Assembly: GCA_964016885.1 (NCBI GenBank)
Contig: OZ024740.1
Location: forward strand, 243,784,001-243,848,000
Length of the DNA stretch: 64,000 bases
Direction: 5' to 3'
Source of the DNA: Eledone cirrhosa
Lineage: Eukaryota
The notes under the pieces are model-generated. The model was not told the origin of the DNA and searched no databases. It saw only the letters and a list, made by a program, of their open reading frames with translations. The position numbers were made by a program, and so were the translations under genes. Shown one piece after another: positions 1-16,269 of the stretch (position 1 is its first letter; every line of letters begins with the position of its first letter).

Positions 1-119
1 CGTCTCATCCATGCTAGTGTGGAAAAATGGGCATTAAACGGTGATGATGGTGATAACCCATACTAGTGTGGAAAATGGACGTAAAATGGTGATGTTGATG
101 TATATTTTCTATATATATA

Positions 120-405
120 TCATCATTCATTTCATCATTTCATTTTACGTCCGCTTTTCCCTGCTTGCAAGGGTGGGATGGGAATTGATTCTGGCTTGAT
201 TTCTACAGCTGGATGCCCTTCCTAACACCAACCTCATTTACAGTGAGTGCTGGGTGCTTTTTTACCATGGCACCTCCACGACTACTTTGCAGTGGAATGA
301 TATGGACCCAGTCCCTATCATCTCATTTCTACAGCTGAGTAAACTGGAGCAATGTGAAATAAAGTGTCTTGCTCAAGGAAACAACACATCACCTGGTCTG
401 AGAAT
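120..405 (-). mobile_element. tRNA-derived SINE with RTE-like 3' tail (5' truncated)
   Basis: Reverse complement of the SINE at 20378-20790 and 28500-28722; its tail CTTGCAAGCAGGGAAAAGCGGACGTAAAATGA matches the RTE 3' end at ~15370-15410. Confidence 0.8.
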
Positions 406-420
406 TATATATATATATAT

Positions 421-501
<81 letters not shown>

Positions 502-683
502 GAAAATATTGTGTACAGTGCTCAGGTGCACTACAACTCATCAAGTGTATGTATAGTACATAGGGTAATGTACAAACGTCAGGAAAATCAACAGTGCATG
601 AGTCATGATATACAAATGTGTGCATGTGTATGGAAGGGGTACATCAGGTGTAGTTTTGGCGAATTTCGGGAAGCATGAGGGTT

Positions 684-1425
684 TTAATAGGGGTTCCAGA
701 CTGATGATGTGAATTCCAAGTGTGGTTGTACCATAGCTGTATACAGCTTTAAATAGATGGCTGGAGAGCGGCTAACAAAGGTCTTGCTGAGTGATGCCAA
801 GACACCCTCGGCCTTCTTGACAATCTTAGAGACATGCTTTGTCCAACGCAAATCGCTGCTGACAGTAATGCCCAGGTCACGTTCACAAGAGGACTTTTTG
901 ATGTCAGTGTTGTGGAGGGAGTATGTGGACGCTGAATTTTTCCTCCCAAAATGCATGGTGGTACACTCGTCCACAGCCAGCTTCAGTTGCCAGTCTGTGA
1001 TCCATTGCTGCATTGTGTCCAGGTCTGATTGTAAGAAAGAGTTGTAGATTTCAGGATCAGTCCTTTTGATTTCAAGGTACAGCTTGATGTCATCTGCATA
1101 TTTCAGTACCGTGGCATTCTTTAAGTTGGCATCTATGTCATTAATATATGCCACAAACAAAAGGCGACCAAGAACAGATCCCTGTGGTACACCAGATGAC
1201 ATCTCATATGGTGAAGAATGCAGTCCCAGAACCGTGACTACCTCTTTTCGGCTGAGAATGAAGGATTTCAACCAGTTAAAAAGATCATACCTCACACCCA
1301 TTGCAGTGAGTTTCGCCATAAGTCTTTTGTGTGGCACAGAATTAAAAGCCTTAGCGAAGTCAAGGTAAACAACATCCACCCATGAGCCGCTGTCAGAGAT
1401 CCGGGTAATGTCTTCAAGGAACTCG
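684..1425 (-). mobile_element. CR1-clade LINE reverse transcriptase fragment
   Basis: ORF 684..1379 has YLDFAKAFNSVPH, SGVPQGSVLG, YADD, ERDLGI and PHLEFTSSVWNPY motifs; truncated by (TA)n. Confidence 0.9.
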
Positions 1426-1549
1426 ATATATATATTTTATATATATATATTTTATATATATATATATATTTTATATATATATATATTTTATATATATATA
1501 TATTTTAAATATATATATATTTTATATATATATATATTTTATATATATA

Positions 1550-1594
<45 letters not shown>

Positions 1595-2583
1595 ATATAT
1601 ATATATATTTTATATATATATATATTTTATAATATATATAATATATATTTTATATAATATATATTTTATATATATATATATTTTATAATATATATATATT
1701 TTATATATATATATATTTTATATATATATATATTTTATATATATTTATGTAATGAACAACATAAGATAATTATTTCATTTACCAGTGGTTTCTTGAAAGC
1801 AAACAAAATTTGCTTTCAGTCATCAGAATGAACAAATTCTGGTGTATTTATTGACAATGGATTTTAAAAACAAAAATATAATCTATATGATTGTGAGGCT
1901 AGAAAAGGAAGGAAAGGAAAAAGAATAAGTATAAAAGTAGATAAACACACACGCACACACACACATATACATACACACACATATATATATATAAATATAC
2001 ATACACACATTTATACACATATATATATATATATACATATACATACACATATATATACATATCCATGCATACACATACACACAAATACACACACATATAT
2101 ACACACATACGTACACACATACATACACACATATATACGCACACACACAATTAATAAGAAAAAATAATAAATTAAAATAAAAAACAATGGATGACCATAT
2201 AATAGGCCGTCACATAAAAATGAAAATAAAAATTATACGACTTAAGAAAATAAAAATTATTATAAAGTTGACAGCGATACAGGAAAGGACACAAATAAAT
2301 GAACAAATACATGTAAGCAATGCACACATTTACACATACACATACATACATATAAATATATACATACACAGCCAGAATCAGTTCCCGTCCCACCCTTGCA
2401 AGCAGGGAAAAGCGGACGTAAAAAGAAATGATAATGATGATGATACACACACACTCACATATACACACACATATATATATATACATACATATATATACAC
2501 ACACATACATATATATATACATATATGCATGTGTGTAAAACTCATTATTTGATGTATTCATTGAACCTTATTTAACTCTTAAA

Positions 2584-2639
<56 letters not shown>

Positions 2640-2642
<3 letters not shown>

Positions 2643-4361
2643 ATAATAATAAATTTGAAGACTAAAATCCAAAGAGGGCTCGATAAGGATAAATATATAT
2701 CAAATATATAAGAACCATTGAGCAAATATTTATTAAATAACGGATTAAAGTTTAAGCAAAGAACGCTGCTTTCACCCTTAACGGGATCTTCTGAAACTAA
2801 CAAAGTCAATCTGTAAACGCAGAAGTGAATATTTTAAAAAACGTTGCAACCGGAGGAAGACAGGAAGACGATACTTTGGTTCGTGGTAACGTTCCCTGGC
2901 AAAGAACGGGAAAAAACGAATATAATACGTCATTAATAGGAGCGGTGAAAACAATTACATGCAAAGACAGAACCACGTTTATGGTATAAAAGAAGTCGTA
3001 GACTAATGTTCTCTTAGCTGGTTCATAGAGACGTTCTCTGGCAATGAACGGAAAAAACAAAGATAATACGTCATATGTGGAGCATGGAGAACAATTGCAC
3101 GCAAAGACACAACCACGTAAATGGTATAGCTGAAGTCGTAGACTAAAATTCTAACTAGGAAACCGAATGATTCTCCGCTTCAGAGTTAAGAATAAAGTAA
3201 ATAAAATACAGAGATAATTGAAATTAAATAAATACATACACGCATCCAAATACGTACATACACAAGCATACGCGAAAACACTCGCCATAAGTATACAAAA
3301 ACACGCACATATAAATGTGTGTGTGTGTGTGTGTGCGTGTGCGTGTATACAAATAAATAAATAAACGTATATAAATAAATAAATACGTATATAACAAGCG
3401 CACACACATACCTACATGTAAATACACATATGTCCGGAGACTTACGTCAACCAAAACATGAAGTACACATATACACACACCCTACATACGTACGAACCCG
3501 CATACTCACACAAACGCAAAACTCCTGTATACACATAACGAAAAGCATATGTACCAGAATATATAAAATATACGCCGTAACACATACAATCAAATATACG
3601 TTCGAGAAAGTATACGTACCTTCACAAAACATACAGGTAATATATACTTACCTATGCAAATAAGTAATGGTATAAACACAACATATACTTAGCGTATAGA
3701 TCGTACTATCCGTTAGGGTATAATGTGGGGCTGTAATACAGGAAAGTTTTGTGCAATTTATGTTTACAAGCCGAAATTGCCTCAGATTTTTTGTTTAAGA
3801 TGTGGTCTGTGGCGTACAGTATTTCCAGGACCTCAGCGGCGCAGAGGTCACATGGTCTTTTATTTCCATTATACGATCTAGCCCTAGCTAGGATCTCCCA
3901 GTGTAACTTATATTGGGTGTGGTTGTCTTTTAGACTCCAGATATAAGCTGAAAGTGACGTCATATTCCTTCTTAGAGAGTAACGAAAAGAATGGGTATGC
4001 ATGTAAAGACGCTGCTTGAATCTATTGGTGGTTAACCCTATGAAGGCCCTACGGGACGTGGGTGTTTCAAGCTTACATTTGTAGACAATGTTACTAGAGA
4101 GGCATTTCCCGGATAGGGGGCAATCAACCCGATTCCTACAATTACAGTTAGTACTAACTACAGGGTTGCACGTGTTCCTACGGCTAAGTAGTTTAGTTTC
4201 ATATATTCGTTTTTTCCCGTTCTTTGCCAGGGAACGTTTCCACGAACCAAAGTATCGTCTTCCTGTCTTCCTCCGGTTGCAACGTTTTTTGAAATATTCA
4301 CTTCTGCGATTACAGATTGATTTTGTCAGTTTCAGAAGATCCTGTTAAGGGTGAAAGCAGC

Positions 4362-4363
<2 letters not shown>
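2640..4363 (-). mobile_element. 5'-truncated Penelope-like element (Naiad-type GIY-YIG endonuclease plus 3' region) with an inverted copy of its 3' region
   Basis: Minus strand 4195-3706 reads CNCRNRVDCPLSGKCL..IVYKC..FIGLTTNRFKQRL..H..SF..TSLSAYIWSLKD..CDLC..E..LNKKSE..ACKH; 4203-4363 is the reverse complement of ~2765-2920; ~140-bp tandem duplication at 2890-3145. Confidence 0.85.
2749..2798 (-). ncRNA. Hammerhead-like motif, CAGAAGA-core family (B1)
   Basis: AGUUU-CAGAAGA-U CCC guuaa GGG U-GAAA-GCAG cguucu UUGC-UU-AAACU. Confidence 0.65.
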
Positions 4364-4413
<50 letters not shown>

Positions 4414-4519
4414 AATATATATATTAGAAAATACATAAATATTACATATATGATTGGCACTTTCCAGCCCGAATAGTTGAGCACTCTACAGTTTTCAGGA
4501 TTTTAACTAACATACACCA

Positions 4520-5867
4520 TGGACCTTTATGAATTGGATTATTCAATCAAAAATATACCTACTCCTTCCAACACAACTTATACCAAACTGCTTATAGATA
4601 AAATCAAACAAGTCATTAAGAGAATGAGATGGAAGGCAGTGGTTTATGATGGACTATTCAGTGCTGACACAAATGATTGTTTGACATAAAATCCCGTAAA
4701 TACCCACCTAGAATTAAAGACATGGCCAACTTCGAATTAGACCTTGTTAATTTAATTAGTGATATCAAATTTCGTAAGTACAATAATAATTTTCAAACTA
4801 AACTTTCTAACGATATTTCTAATTTTAAAAATTCTACAAACACTTTTGTTCTTTCCGATAAAACTAAAAATCTCTTTGAAGTTAATAGTATTTTGTATAA
4901 CCAACTTTTAACTAATAGTATCACCAACAAATATCAATTAACTAATAATAACACTAATAATACTATTAATAAAGAAGCTAAAGAACTAGCTAGTTTTTAA
5001 AAAATAGACAACCGGATTGAAAGCCTAGCTCAACGTAAAGCATATATTACCCTTAAAGACCATAAATTAGACTTTACTAATCGACCTAGCTGTAGACTAA
5101 TTAACCCTGCTAAATCCGAAGTTGGCTTTGCAAGTAAAAAAATCTTAAGAAAAATAATTCTCCAAATTAGAACTAAGACTGACTTATCACAATGATTAAA
5201 TACATCCTCTGTTATTTCTTGGTTTAATAATATATAAGGTAAAAATACGTGTAGATTTACCCAATTTGATATTGTTGATTTTTACCCCTCTATTACTGTT
5301 TCCTTATTAACTAAAGCCTTAGATTTTGCAAGACCCTTCATTAATATTTCTAAATTGGAAGAAGACGTTATCTTTCATGCTAGGAAAACTCTACTCTTTA
5401 CTAATGAAAATATTTGGGTTAAAAAGTCAAACCCTGAAAACTCTTTTGATGTTGCAATGGGTTCATATGACAGTGCGGATGTGTGTGACTTAGTAGGATT
5501 ATTCCTTCTCCACACCCTTAAAGAGAAATTTCGTTCCCATAATATCGGTTTATACCGTGATGACGGATTAGCAGTTTCTCATACCACCAACGGCCATAAC
5601 CTTGATAAATTCCGTAAAGATTTAATCAATACTTTTGCTAACCTAAACCTTAAAATTACTATAGATACGAACCTTACCAATGCTAACTTTCTTGATATTA
5701 ATCTTGATCTACTTACTGCCTCTTTTAAACCTTATCATAAACCTAACGAAAATCTTAGATATATACACAAAGAGTCTTGCCATCCCCCTATAGTTTTTAA
5801 AAATCTTATTCCCAATATTAGCCGTAGGATTTCTACCTTATCTTTGTATCTAGACATTTTTAACAGT
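4520..5867 (+). pseudogene. Penelope-like (Naiad-type) reverse transcriptase, disrupted
   Basis: DYSIKNIP, KRMRWKA, ITLKDHK, CRLINPAKSE, FDIVDFYPSI, FDVAMGSYDSADVCDLVGL and GLYRDDGL motifs, with a frameshift and stops; cut by an RTE insertion. Confidence 0.9.
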
Positions 5868-7260
5868 AGACTATCAAGTGACCAGGAGGGAAGCTAGGAG
5901 ACAAGTGTACTTCGCAAGAAGGGAAGCAGAGGAAAGAAAGTTCAAGCATGTTCTACAATGCGAGGACCAAAAACATGAGGTGTTCAGGATTGCTAGGCAA
6001 TGTGTCAAGGAAAACCGTGATATTGTCGGGGAGAAGTGTGTACTTAATGATGATGGTGTACTTGCCATCACTGACGCTGATAAGAAGGTAGCTTGGAAGT
6101 GTCACTACGAAAGGCTACTAAATGAGGTGAATAAATGGGAGAAAGACAGTCTCCCCCACATCGACCCAATAGAGGGACCAGCAGTGTTAGTCGAAGGTAG
6201 TATAATAAGTAAGGCAATCAAAGATATGAAGACGGGTAAGGTGGCTGGGCCTTCGGAAATAGTTGCTGAAATGGTCACCCGGATAGTAAGCCAAGTCATA
6301 CAGAATGGGGTTGTTCCGAAGGACTGGCATAGCAGCATCATCATTAACTGCTACAAGGGTAAAGGAGATGCCCTAGATAGGAGTAACTATAGAGGCATTA
6401 AATTAATCGACCAGGTCATGAAGGTCACAGAAAAAGTAATAGCGCAACAATTCAGAGAGAGAATTGATCTAGATGAAATGCAGTTCGGGTTTGTGTCAGG
6501 CAAAAGTACTACAGATGCTCTTTTCATTGTACGACAACTACAGGAGAAGTACCTAGCTAAAAGTAAACCCCTATACTTAGCTTTTGTCGACTTGGAGAAA
6601 GCCTTCGACAGAGTCCCCCGTTCCATTATCTGGTGGGCGCTTAGAAAACTAGGGGTTGATGAATGGCTTGTGAGAGCTATACAAGCCATGTATAAAGAAA
6701 CAATCAGCAAGGTTAGAATTAACAACGAATATAGTGAAGAGTTTAGCGTAAAAGTTGGTGTTCATCAGGGCTCCGTTCTTAGCCCCTACTATTTATTATT
6801 GCCCTTCAGGCTATAACAGTGGAGTTCAAGACCGGCTGCCCATGGGAACTCCTATACGCAGATGATCTAACGCTCATAGCTGAATCAATGGCCGAACTAG
6901 AGAAGAAATTCGAAACATGGAAGCATGGCCTAGAATCAAAGGGCCTTAAAATTAACCTGTCTAAGACTAAAGTTCTAGTTCTAGGAAGGCAAGTAGGGCG
7001 CCGGTCCCATCCGGGAAATGGACATGCTGAGTGTGTAGGAAAGGAGTAGGTAGAAACTCCATTTTATGTCCCAAATGCAAAGTATGGGTGCATAAAAGAT
7101 GTAGTGGCATCACAGGTAAGCTAACTAAGAACATAGATTTTATATGTGGCCGGTGCTCTGGTGCAATAAGTAGCAGCAAGTGCCCACAGATATATTAGCT
7201 CTTTCAATTGTGCAGATGGTTCTATAGAAATAGTGGACAGCTTCCGTTACCTGGGTGACA
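5868..7260 (+). mobile_element. RTE-clade LINE fragment (RT) inserted into the PLE
   Basis: SNYRGIKL, QFGF..GKSTTDA, FVDLEKAFDRVP, GVHQGSVLSP, ELLYADD; downstream C-x2-C / WVHKRC zinc-finger-like segment. Confidence 0.92.
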
Positions 7261-7284
7261 ATATATATATTTTATATATATATA

Positions 7285-7334
<50 letters not shown>

Positions 7335-7373
7335 GATATTAATAAATGGAAACTATATTTATAAAACCATATT

Positions 7374-7438
7374 TATTTCATTATATATATTTCAATGATA
7401 CCAAGTTCCATTATGGTATTCCTTCATCAGACAAAATA
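7374..7438 (-). ncRNA. Type I minimal hammerhead ribozyme, family A (A1)
   Basis: UAUUUUGU-CUGAUGA-[stem II AUACCA/UGGUAU]-GAAA-UAUAUA-UA-AUGAAAUA; lies in a head-to-head PLE remnant at 7334-7590. Confidence 0.8.
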
Positions 7439-7589
7439 CTGAAATATATATAATGAAATAAATATGGTTTTATAAATATAGTTTCCATTTATTAATATCG
7501 TATATCTACTCCAAATATTTGTCGAGTGCTTTATATAACTTATAAAAATATTCGCTTGTTGTATCCCAACAATTTAAATAAAACTTTTG

Positions 7590-7601
7590 CATATATATAT
7601 A

Positions 7602-7640
<39 letters not shown>

Positions 7641-7749
7641 TATATATATTTTATATATATATATATATTTTATATATATATATATATATATTTTATATAT
7701 ATATATATATTTTATATATATATATATATATATATTTTATATATATGTA

Positions 7750-7802
<53 letters not shown>

Positions 7803-7926
7803 ATATATATGTATATATTTTATATATATGTATATATTTTATATATATGTATATATTTTATATATATATATATTATATATATATATTTTATATATATGTA
7901 TATATTTTATATATATGTATATATTT

Positions 7927-7958
<32 letters not shown>

Positions 7959-8790
7959 ATTTTATATATATTATTTTATATATATATATATATTATATAT
8001 ATATATTATATATATATATTATATTTATATATATTATATATATATATTTTATATATTATATATATATATATATTATATATATATATATATTATATATATA
8101 TATATTATATATATATATATATTATATATATATATATATTATATATATATATATATTATATATATATTATATATATATATATATATTATATATATATATA
8201 TATATTATATATATATATATATATTATATATATATATATATTATATATATATTATATATATATATATTATATATATATATATATTATATATATATATATA
8301 TATTATATATATATATATATTATATATATATATATTATATATATTATATATATATATATATTATATATATATATTATATATATATATATATTATATATAT
8401 ATATTATATATATATATATATATTGTATATATATATATATATTATATATATATATATATTATATATATATATATATTATATATATATATATTATATATAT
8501 ATATTATATATATATATATATTATATATATATATATATTATATATATATATATATTATATATATATATTATATATATATATATTATATATATATATATAT
8601 TATATATATATATATTATATATATATATATATTATATATATATTATATATATATTATATATTATATATATATTATATATATATTATATATTATATATATA
8701 TTATATATATATATATATTATATATATATATATATTATATATATATATATATTATATATATATATATATTATATATATATATATATTATA

Positions 8791-8829
<39 letters not shown>
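7590..8829. repeat. Long degenerate (TA)n microsatellite
   Basis: TA runs interrupted by TT/TTTT; the YI-rich ORFs are translation artefacts. Confidence 0.95.
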
Positions 8830-8958
8830 GGAAAGTTATATTTAAATTGTTGGGTTACAACTAGTAAATATTTATAACTGATATAAAAGCACTCAACAAG
8901 TATTTGGAGTATATTTACGATATTAAATAAATGGAAACTATATTTATAAAACCATATT

Positions 8959-9024
8959 TATTTCATTATATATATTTCAGGGATATCATATTAACAATAT
9001 GTTATGCCTTCCTCAGACAAAATA
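8959..9024 (-). ncRNA. Hammerhead ribozyme, family A (A2)
   Basis: Reverse complement of A3. Confidence 0.8.
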
Positions 9025-12000
9025 CAATATAGACAGTTTTATAGATAAATAGATTTGACATACCGTTCAACATCGACTTGTATTTGAAAAAGTTGATTTG
9101 GCAGTGAAAAATTGTAAACAGAAAGAAAGAAAGAGAGAAAGAAGGAAAGAAAGAAAGAAAACGAAGAAAAAGAAGAAATGCATGCAACAAAATAGAGAGA
9201 TGGAAAGATAGATAAAGAGAAGAACTTCATGTAAAGAAACAGAGAGAGATATATATAGAGAGAGGAAATAGATAGAGATAGATATATATAGAGAAAAGTA
9301 GGTAGTTGGACATCCGTTGAATGAACGTATCAATGATACATTTATTTATTTATTTAGCTCTAGTATTAATGTAAGGGAGATATATGTGGTTAGGAAAGAA
9401 ACCAGCCGTTATATAGAGAGAAAAAATGAAAAGTAACCAGACATAGGCGAGGCAGAATTTAAACCCTATGTTTTAATGTAGAAATATTAGTTCGTATAAA
9501 AACCAGGCACTATAATGTAAATATCAGTATTCCTGAATGAGACACGTATCCATAATGTGTGAAAAGTAATGATCTTATGTCTAGTTTTAAAAATTCATAT
9601 GTTTATATGATAACTACAGACATCGATGTGAATTTACGTGATCAACTCTGCAAACCCCTATTTCACACGGAGAACATTCTCATTGTGCTATAAAAATTTA
9701 AGTATACATATATGTGTATATATACACATATATATATAGAGTCTATATTAATTTTAACAATACTATTCTTGTCTTTACTCTACATGATTATCTATCAAGC
9801 AGAAATAGAGAACAGATTTCAATATATTAATAAAAAATATCAGAAACAAAAACAAAAAATAATAATAATAATAATAATAATAAACAAATAAATAAAATAG
9901 AAAACTAAAAAATATTACATATTAAAAATAAAATATTAAAAATATTAAAAAATATTATTAAAAAAATATTAAAATAATAAAAATAAAAACATAATAGAAA
10001 CATAATATGCCACGCAAATCGACCACAAAGATCAACCCTTCAAAATTTATTGACAATATATTGCCAAGTTCATTATAAGCATCAGAGTCGAAAACAGATA
10101 AAGCTAAAAATTATTTACCAAATCGCGTCTAGCAGAAATCATTTCAAAAAAGTTTAGGATGCCCATTTGGTCTACATATGTTCTTATATTTAATATAGAA
10201 GTTTATCTAGTGTAACGTTTATTCGAAATATTTGGAGCATCAACTGTTAGGGTAGTTTAATTTTTCATGAAGAATGTTTAAATAAAAATAAAAATAAAAA
10301 TAAAAAGAAGAATAAAAAGAAGAAATCGAAAGATTTATCGGCTAGTTTCCCAAATAATTATAAATCAAACTAAATATACTACATTTTAAATTTAAATTTA
10401 TATTTAAAAGTTGAGTTCAATCTATGTTTGCAGCAACTGAATAAATTTGTCCGTAGATTAAGGGAATTTTTAGATTTTAGTATAAAGAATATCTCCTCCG
10501 CGCAGAGGTCACATGTCTCAGAGGATGAATTAAAAGGAATCCCTCTTGACACTATATTCCAAGCCGTCGAATATCTAACGTTATCTTGCCTAAGTTGCCA
10601 GAGTACGCCTGATAGTGCTGTTGAAGATTTTTTGCTTGGATCTGTGAAAGAATTCTTGTGGTTATTATAGCGAAGTTTAAATTCCGTCGATGTGGAACCG
10701 ACATAGTTAAAAGAATTAGAGTCCGTTTTAATATTACAGTTGTATTTTTAACTAAGCAGTTGTTATTTAACGGACATTTAGATCTATCTCTACAGTTACA
10801 TTTGTTAACTTGTATATTATTTATGCTATTATCGCTAGGTTTTAAGTTCCTATTATTTATTCTATTAATATTTTGTGCTAAATATGTAGACCAAATGGGC
10901 ATCCTAAACTTTTTTGAAATGATTTCTGCTAGACGCGATTTGGTAAATAATTTTTAGCTTTATCTGTTTTCGACTCTGATGCTTATAATGAACTTGGCAA
11001 TATATTGTCAATAAATTTTGAAGGGTTGATCTTTGTGGTCGATTTGCGTGGCATATTATGTTTCTATTATGTTTTTATTTTTATTATTTTAATATTTTTT
11101 TAATAATATTTTTTAATATTTTTAATATTTTTATTTTTAATATGTAATATTTTTTAGTTTTCTATTTTATTTATTTGTTTATTATTATTATTATTATTAT
11201 TATTATTTTTTGTTTTTGTTTCTGATATTTTTTATTAATATATTGAAATCTGTTCTCTATTTCTGCTTGATAGATAATCATGTAGAGTAAAGACAAGAAT
11301 AGTATTGTTAAAATTAATATAGACTCTATATATATATGTGTATATATACACATATATGTATACTTAAATTTTTATAGCACAATGAGAATGTTCTCCGTGT
11401 GAAATAGGGGTTTGCAGAGTTGATCACGTAAATTCACATCGATGTCTGTAGTTATCATATAAACATATGAATTTTTAAAACTAGACATAAGATCATTACT
11501 TTTCACACATTATGGATACGTGTCTCATTCAGGAATACTGATATTTACATTATAGTGCCTGGTTTTTATACGAACTAATATTTCTACATTAAAACATAGG
11601 GTTTAAATTCTGCCTCGCCTATGTCTGGTTACTTTTCATTTTTTCTCTCTATATAACGGCTGGTTTCTTTCCTAACCACATATATCTCCCTTACATTAAT
11701 ACTAGAGCTAAATAAATAAATAAATAAATGTATCATTGATACGTTCATTCAACGGATGTCCAACTACCTACTTTTCTCTATATATATCTATCTCTATCTA
11801 TTTCCTCTCTCTATATATATCTCTCTCTGTTTCTTTACATGAAGTTCTTCTCTTTATCTATCTTTCCATCTCTCTATTTTGTTGCATGCATTTCTTCTTT
11901 TTCTTCTTTTTCTTCGTTTTCTTTCTTTCTTTCCTTCTTTCTCTCTTTCTTTCTTTCTGTTTACAATTTTTCACTGCCAAATCAACTTTTTCAAATACAA

Positions 12001-12053
12001 GTCGATGTTGAACGGTATGTCAAATCTATTTATCTATAAAACTGTCTATATTG

Positions 12054-12119
12054 TATTTTGTCTGAGGAAGGCATAACATATTGTTAATATGATATCCCTG
12101 AAATATATATAATGAAATA
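12054..12119 (+). ncRNA. Hammerhead ribozyme, family A (A3)
   Basis: UAUUUUGU-CUGAGGA-AGG..CCU-GAAA-UAUAUA-UA-AUGAAAUA; 8-bp stem I with two G.U pairs; AUA triplet, predicted cut after 12111. Confidence 0.82.
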
Positions 12120-12177
12120 AATATGGTTTTATAAATATAGTTTCCATTTATTTAATATCGTAAATATACTCCAAATA

Positions 12178-13992
<1,815 letters not shown>

Positions 13993-14423
13993 ACACAACT
14001 GAATTTATTCGCCTGATATAGGGGCTGCCTCCCTTGCCGATCCCCACGTGGAGTCAGCAATGGTCAGTCCTTGTATTAACATTGAACTAAAACCTGTTGA
14101 GAAAGTGGCTTCCTTGTTCAATCATCTTACCAGAAGCCTGACATTATTTATGTACGCGGACGGTACTTGATTTAGGAGCCGCAGAAACCCAAATACTGGA
14201 TTTTACCAACCTTCCAAGGGTCCGGGTAAATTTTCAATACCCGAATTACTTGATCGTTTTTTCGGCTATGCGAATGATTGTTTGACCATCGTCTCAGTGT
14301 GTTTGGCGTTTAACGTTTGTTATAGCTCTGGTTCATCTGAACCATTGAGCACTTGCCTCACATCTCGGAGGTTGTTTTTCGTTATTTCGTGGGCCGAAAT
14401 GCGAATCTCGATAATTTATGTTT

Positions 14424-14462
<39 letters not shown>

Positions 14463-14574
14463 ACTACTTTAAAACTCATAGCGAATGGTCTTCAAAATGT
14501 TTTAAAATAAACATACAGTATATTATCAAATATACTATACATACATTCACATATATATATATTTTATATATATA

Positions 14575-15415
14575 ATCAAAACTCTGATTCCGTCAGGGAA
14601 ATGGCCATGTTCAATATGCAGAAAAGGAACTGGCATAAATTCTATAAAATGCACACAATGCAGATCCTGGGTACACGAGATGTAGCGGCATAGCAGGCAA
14701 ACTAACAGGTAGGGAGAACTGTGTATGCAGGAGATGTACAGGGAAATTCGACAGTAGAAGTCGCATTGATACACATTTTTCAAATGCAGGCGGGTGCTAT
14801 AGAAGTGGTGGATAGCTTCCGGTACCTAGGAGATCAGATTAGCATGGGAGGGAGTGTTCCGAGGCCATAGTATCTAGAATAAGGACGGGTTGGAAGAAGT
14901 TTAGGGAGCTGCTGACGAAGAAGGGTTTCTCCCTGCGTACGAAAGGCCGGTTATATGATGCCTGTGTGAGGACGCGATGCTGCATGGTAGTGAGACATGG
15001 GCAGCAACTGCAGAGGATATGCGACGGTTGGAGAGAAATGAAGCAAGCATGTTCCGTTGGATGTGCAGTGTCAATGTGCGTGAACCACCCAGCATGAATG
15101 TGTTGAGAGAGAAACTGTGTCTGAGAGGGATAGAATGTAGTGTACGGGAGAGGAGTCTGAGGTGGTATGGACATGTGATGCGCATGGAGGATGACCGATG
15201 GGTGAAGAAGTGCCAGCAAATGCCAGTTGAAGGAAGACGTGGTAGAGGTAGACCACGAAAAACGGGTGGAGGTGGTGAAAACACCTCAGATCGCTGAAGC
15301 TCACAGTGGAGATGACGAAGGACCGTGACAAGTGGAGAGATGCTGTGCTGAATAAGACCCGTCCCACGCTTGCAAGCAGGGAAGAGCGGACGTAAAATGA
15401 TGATGATGAAGATCC
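14575..15415 (+). mobile_element. RTE LINE 3' fragment with (GAT)n tail
   Basis: MLHGSETWA..RRLERNEASMFRWMC..LRWYGHVMR..RGRGRPRKT, then a 3' UTR ending GGACGTAAAATGATGATG. Confidence 0.9.
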
Positions 15416-15504
15416 GCTAAGGTGAAACAACACCCGGTCTGAGAATTGAACTCACAACCTTTCGATTGCAAGGCCAATGCCCTAACCACTAAGCCATGTG
15501 CCTC

Positions 15505-15559
<55 letters not shown>

Positions 15560-16269
15560 CGTATTAAATTTATGTGAAAAACTCTATGGGAGTACAAGCC
15601 AGATAGACCAAAAACAAATTTTAGTCTATCTCATATATTGATCTCCCTACCATGGTTTCATTTGTGGAAGAAACATCTATTGGAAAAGACCAATATCTGA
15701 AGAATTCAGAAATTCACTAGGGGAGCATTCTTCAATTCAAAGAGACCATATTTATCATGAAATTCCACATACAGTTGCCGATCCGCCATGCTGTACAAAA
15801 ACATGAGTAATTGAACTGTTACATGAACAAATGTATTGTAAGCCTGTCCAATATTAAGAGACAATACCTTTGTCTGGCAGTAGCATCCTTATGGATGGTC
15901 AGATACATTGGTTCTCACCTGACGTATATTTTTGGCTCTAAGATAATTTTTCAGTCACACCCTGCTAATTGCTTCTGCTGGCAAGCTAAACTTAGCATGG
16001 GACTAGACGTTTGGAGTGAAGATGGGCACTGCCAAGCATTCCTATGGTGCACTGAAATGTTATGATGGACACATGGTCAAACGTGACTGGATGCACTAGT
16101 TATGGGAACTTGATTGATTTTTCATTTGTAGGCCAAGGGGTGAAGGACTACAATAAGTGGTTGAGATGGCACTTGCGGTTATTTGTAAATGCCTTTGTGA
16201 GGTCTCACATCCTGATCAGCCTTCATCCTATAGTCCTTTTTCAACCTTTTCTGCAGGCTCCCTCCACTT

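Larger units (their letters stand above)
8830..12177. mobile_element. PLE-derived fold-back: ~1.28-kb inverted arms around a degenerate Naiad-type GIY-YIG fragment
   Basis: 8901-10179 is the near-exact reverse complement of 10882-12177; minus strand ~10400-10900 encodes KCNCRDRSKCPLNNNCL and, out of frame, CDLCAEEI..LNLRTNLFSCCKH. Confidence 0.85.

Noticed and set aside
1790-1834. Minus-strand CUGAUGA-CU-GAAA with a good stem III hairpin
   Set aside because: No stem II and no credible stem I; not counted as a hammerhead.
5190-5196. In-frame TGA in the Naiad-type RT (and at ~40301 in a GIY-YIG) as possible selenocysteine
   Set aside because: Some Naiad elements are reported to encode selenoproteins, but these TGAs fall at a Trp position (Q-W) and a non-Cys position, the ORF also has TAA stops and a frameshift, the CxC/CPL cysteines use normal codons, and I saw no SECIS.
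7526-8877. Long Tyr/Ile-rich ORFs (also 13316-14047 and many HT/VC-rich ORFs)
   Set aside because: Translations of (TA)n, (CA)n and (GGT)n microsatellites, open in several frames; array lengths may also be assembly-dependent.
13995-14420. Complex sequence that could be an upstream exon
   Set aside because: No convincing splice-bounded ORF or recognisable motif; left unassigned.
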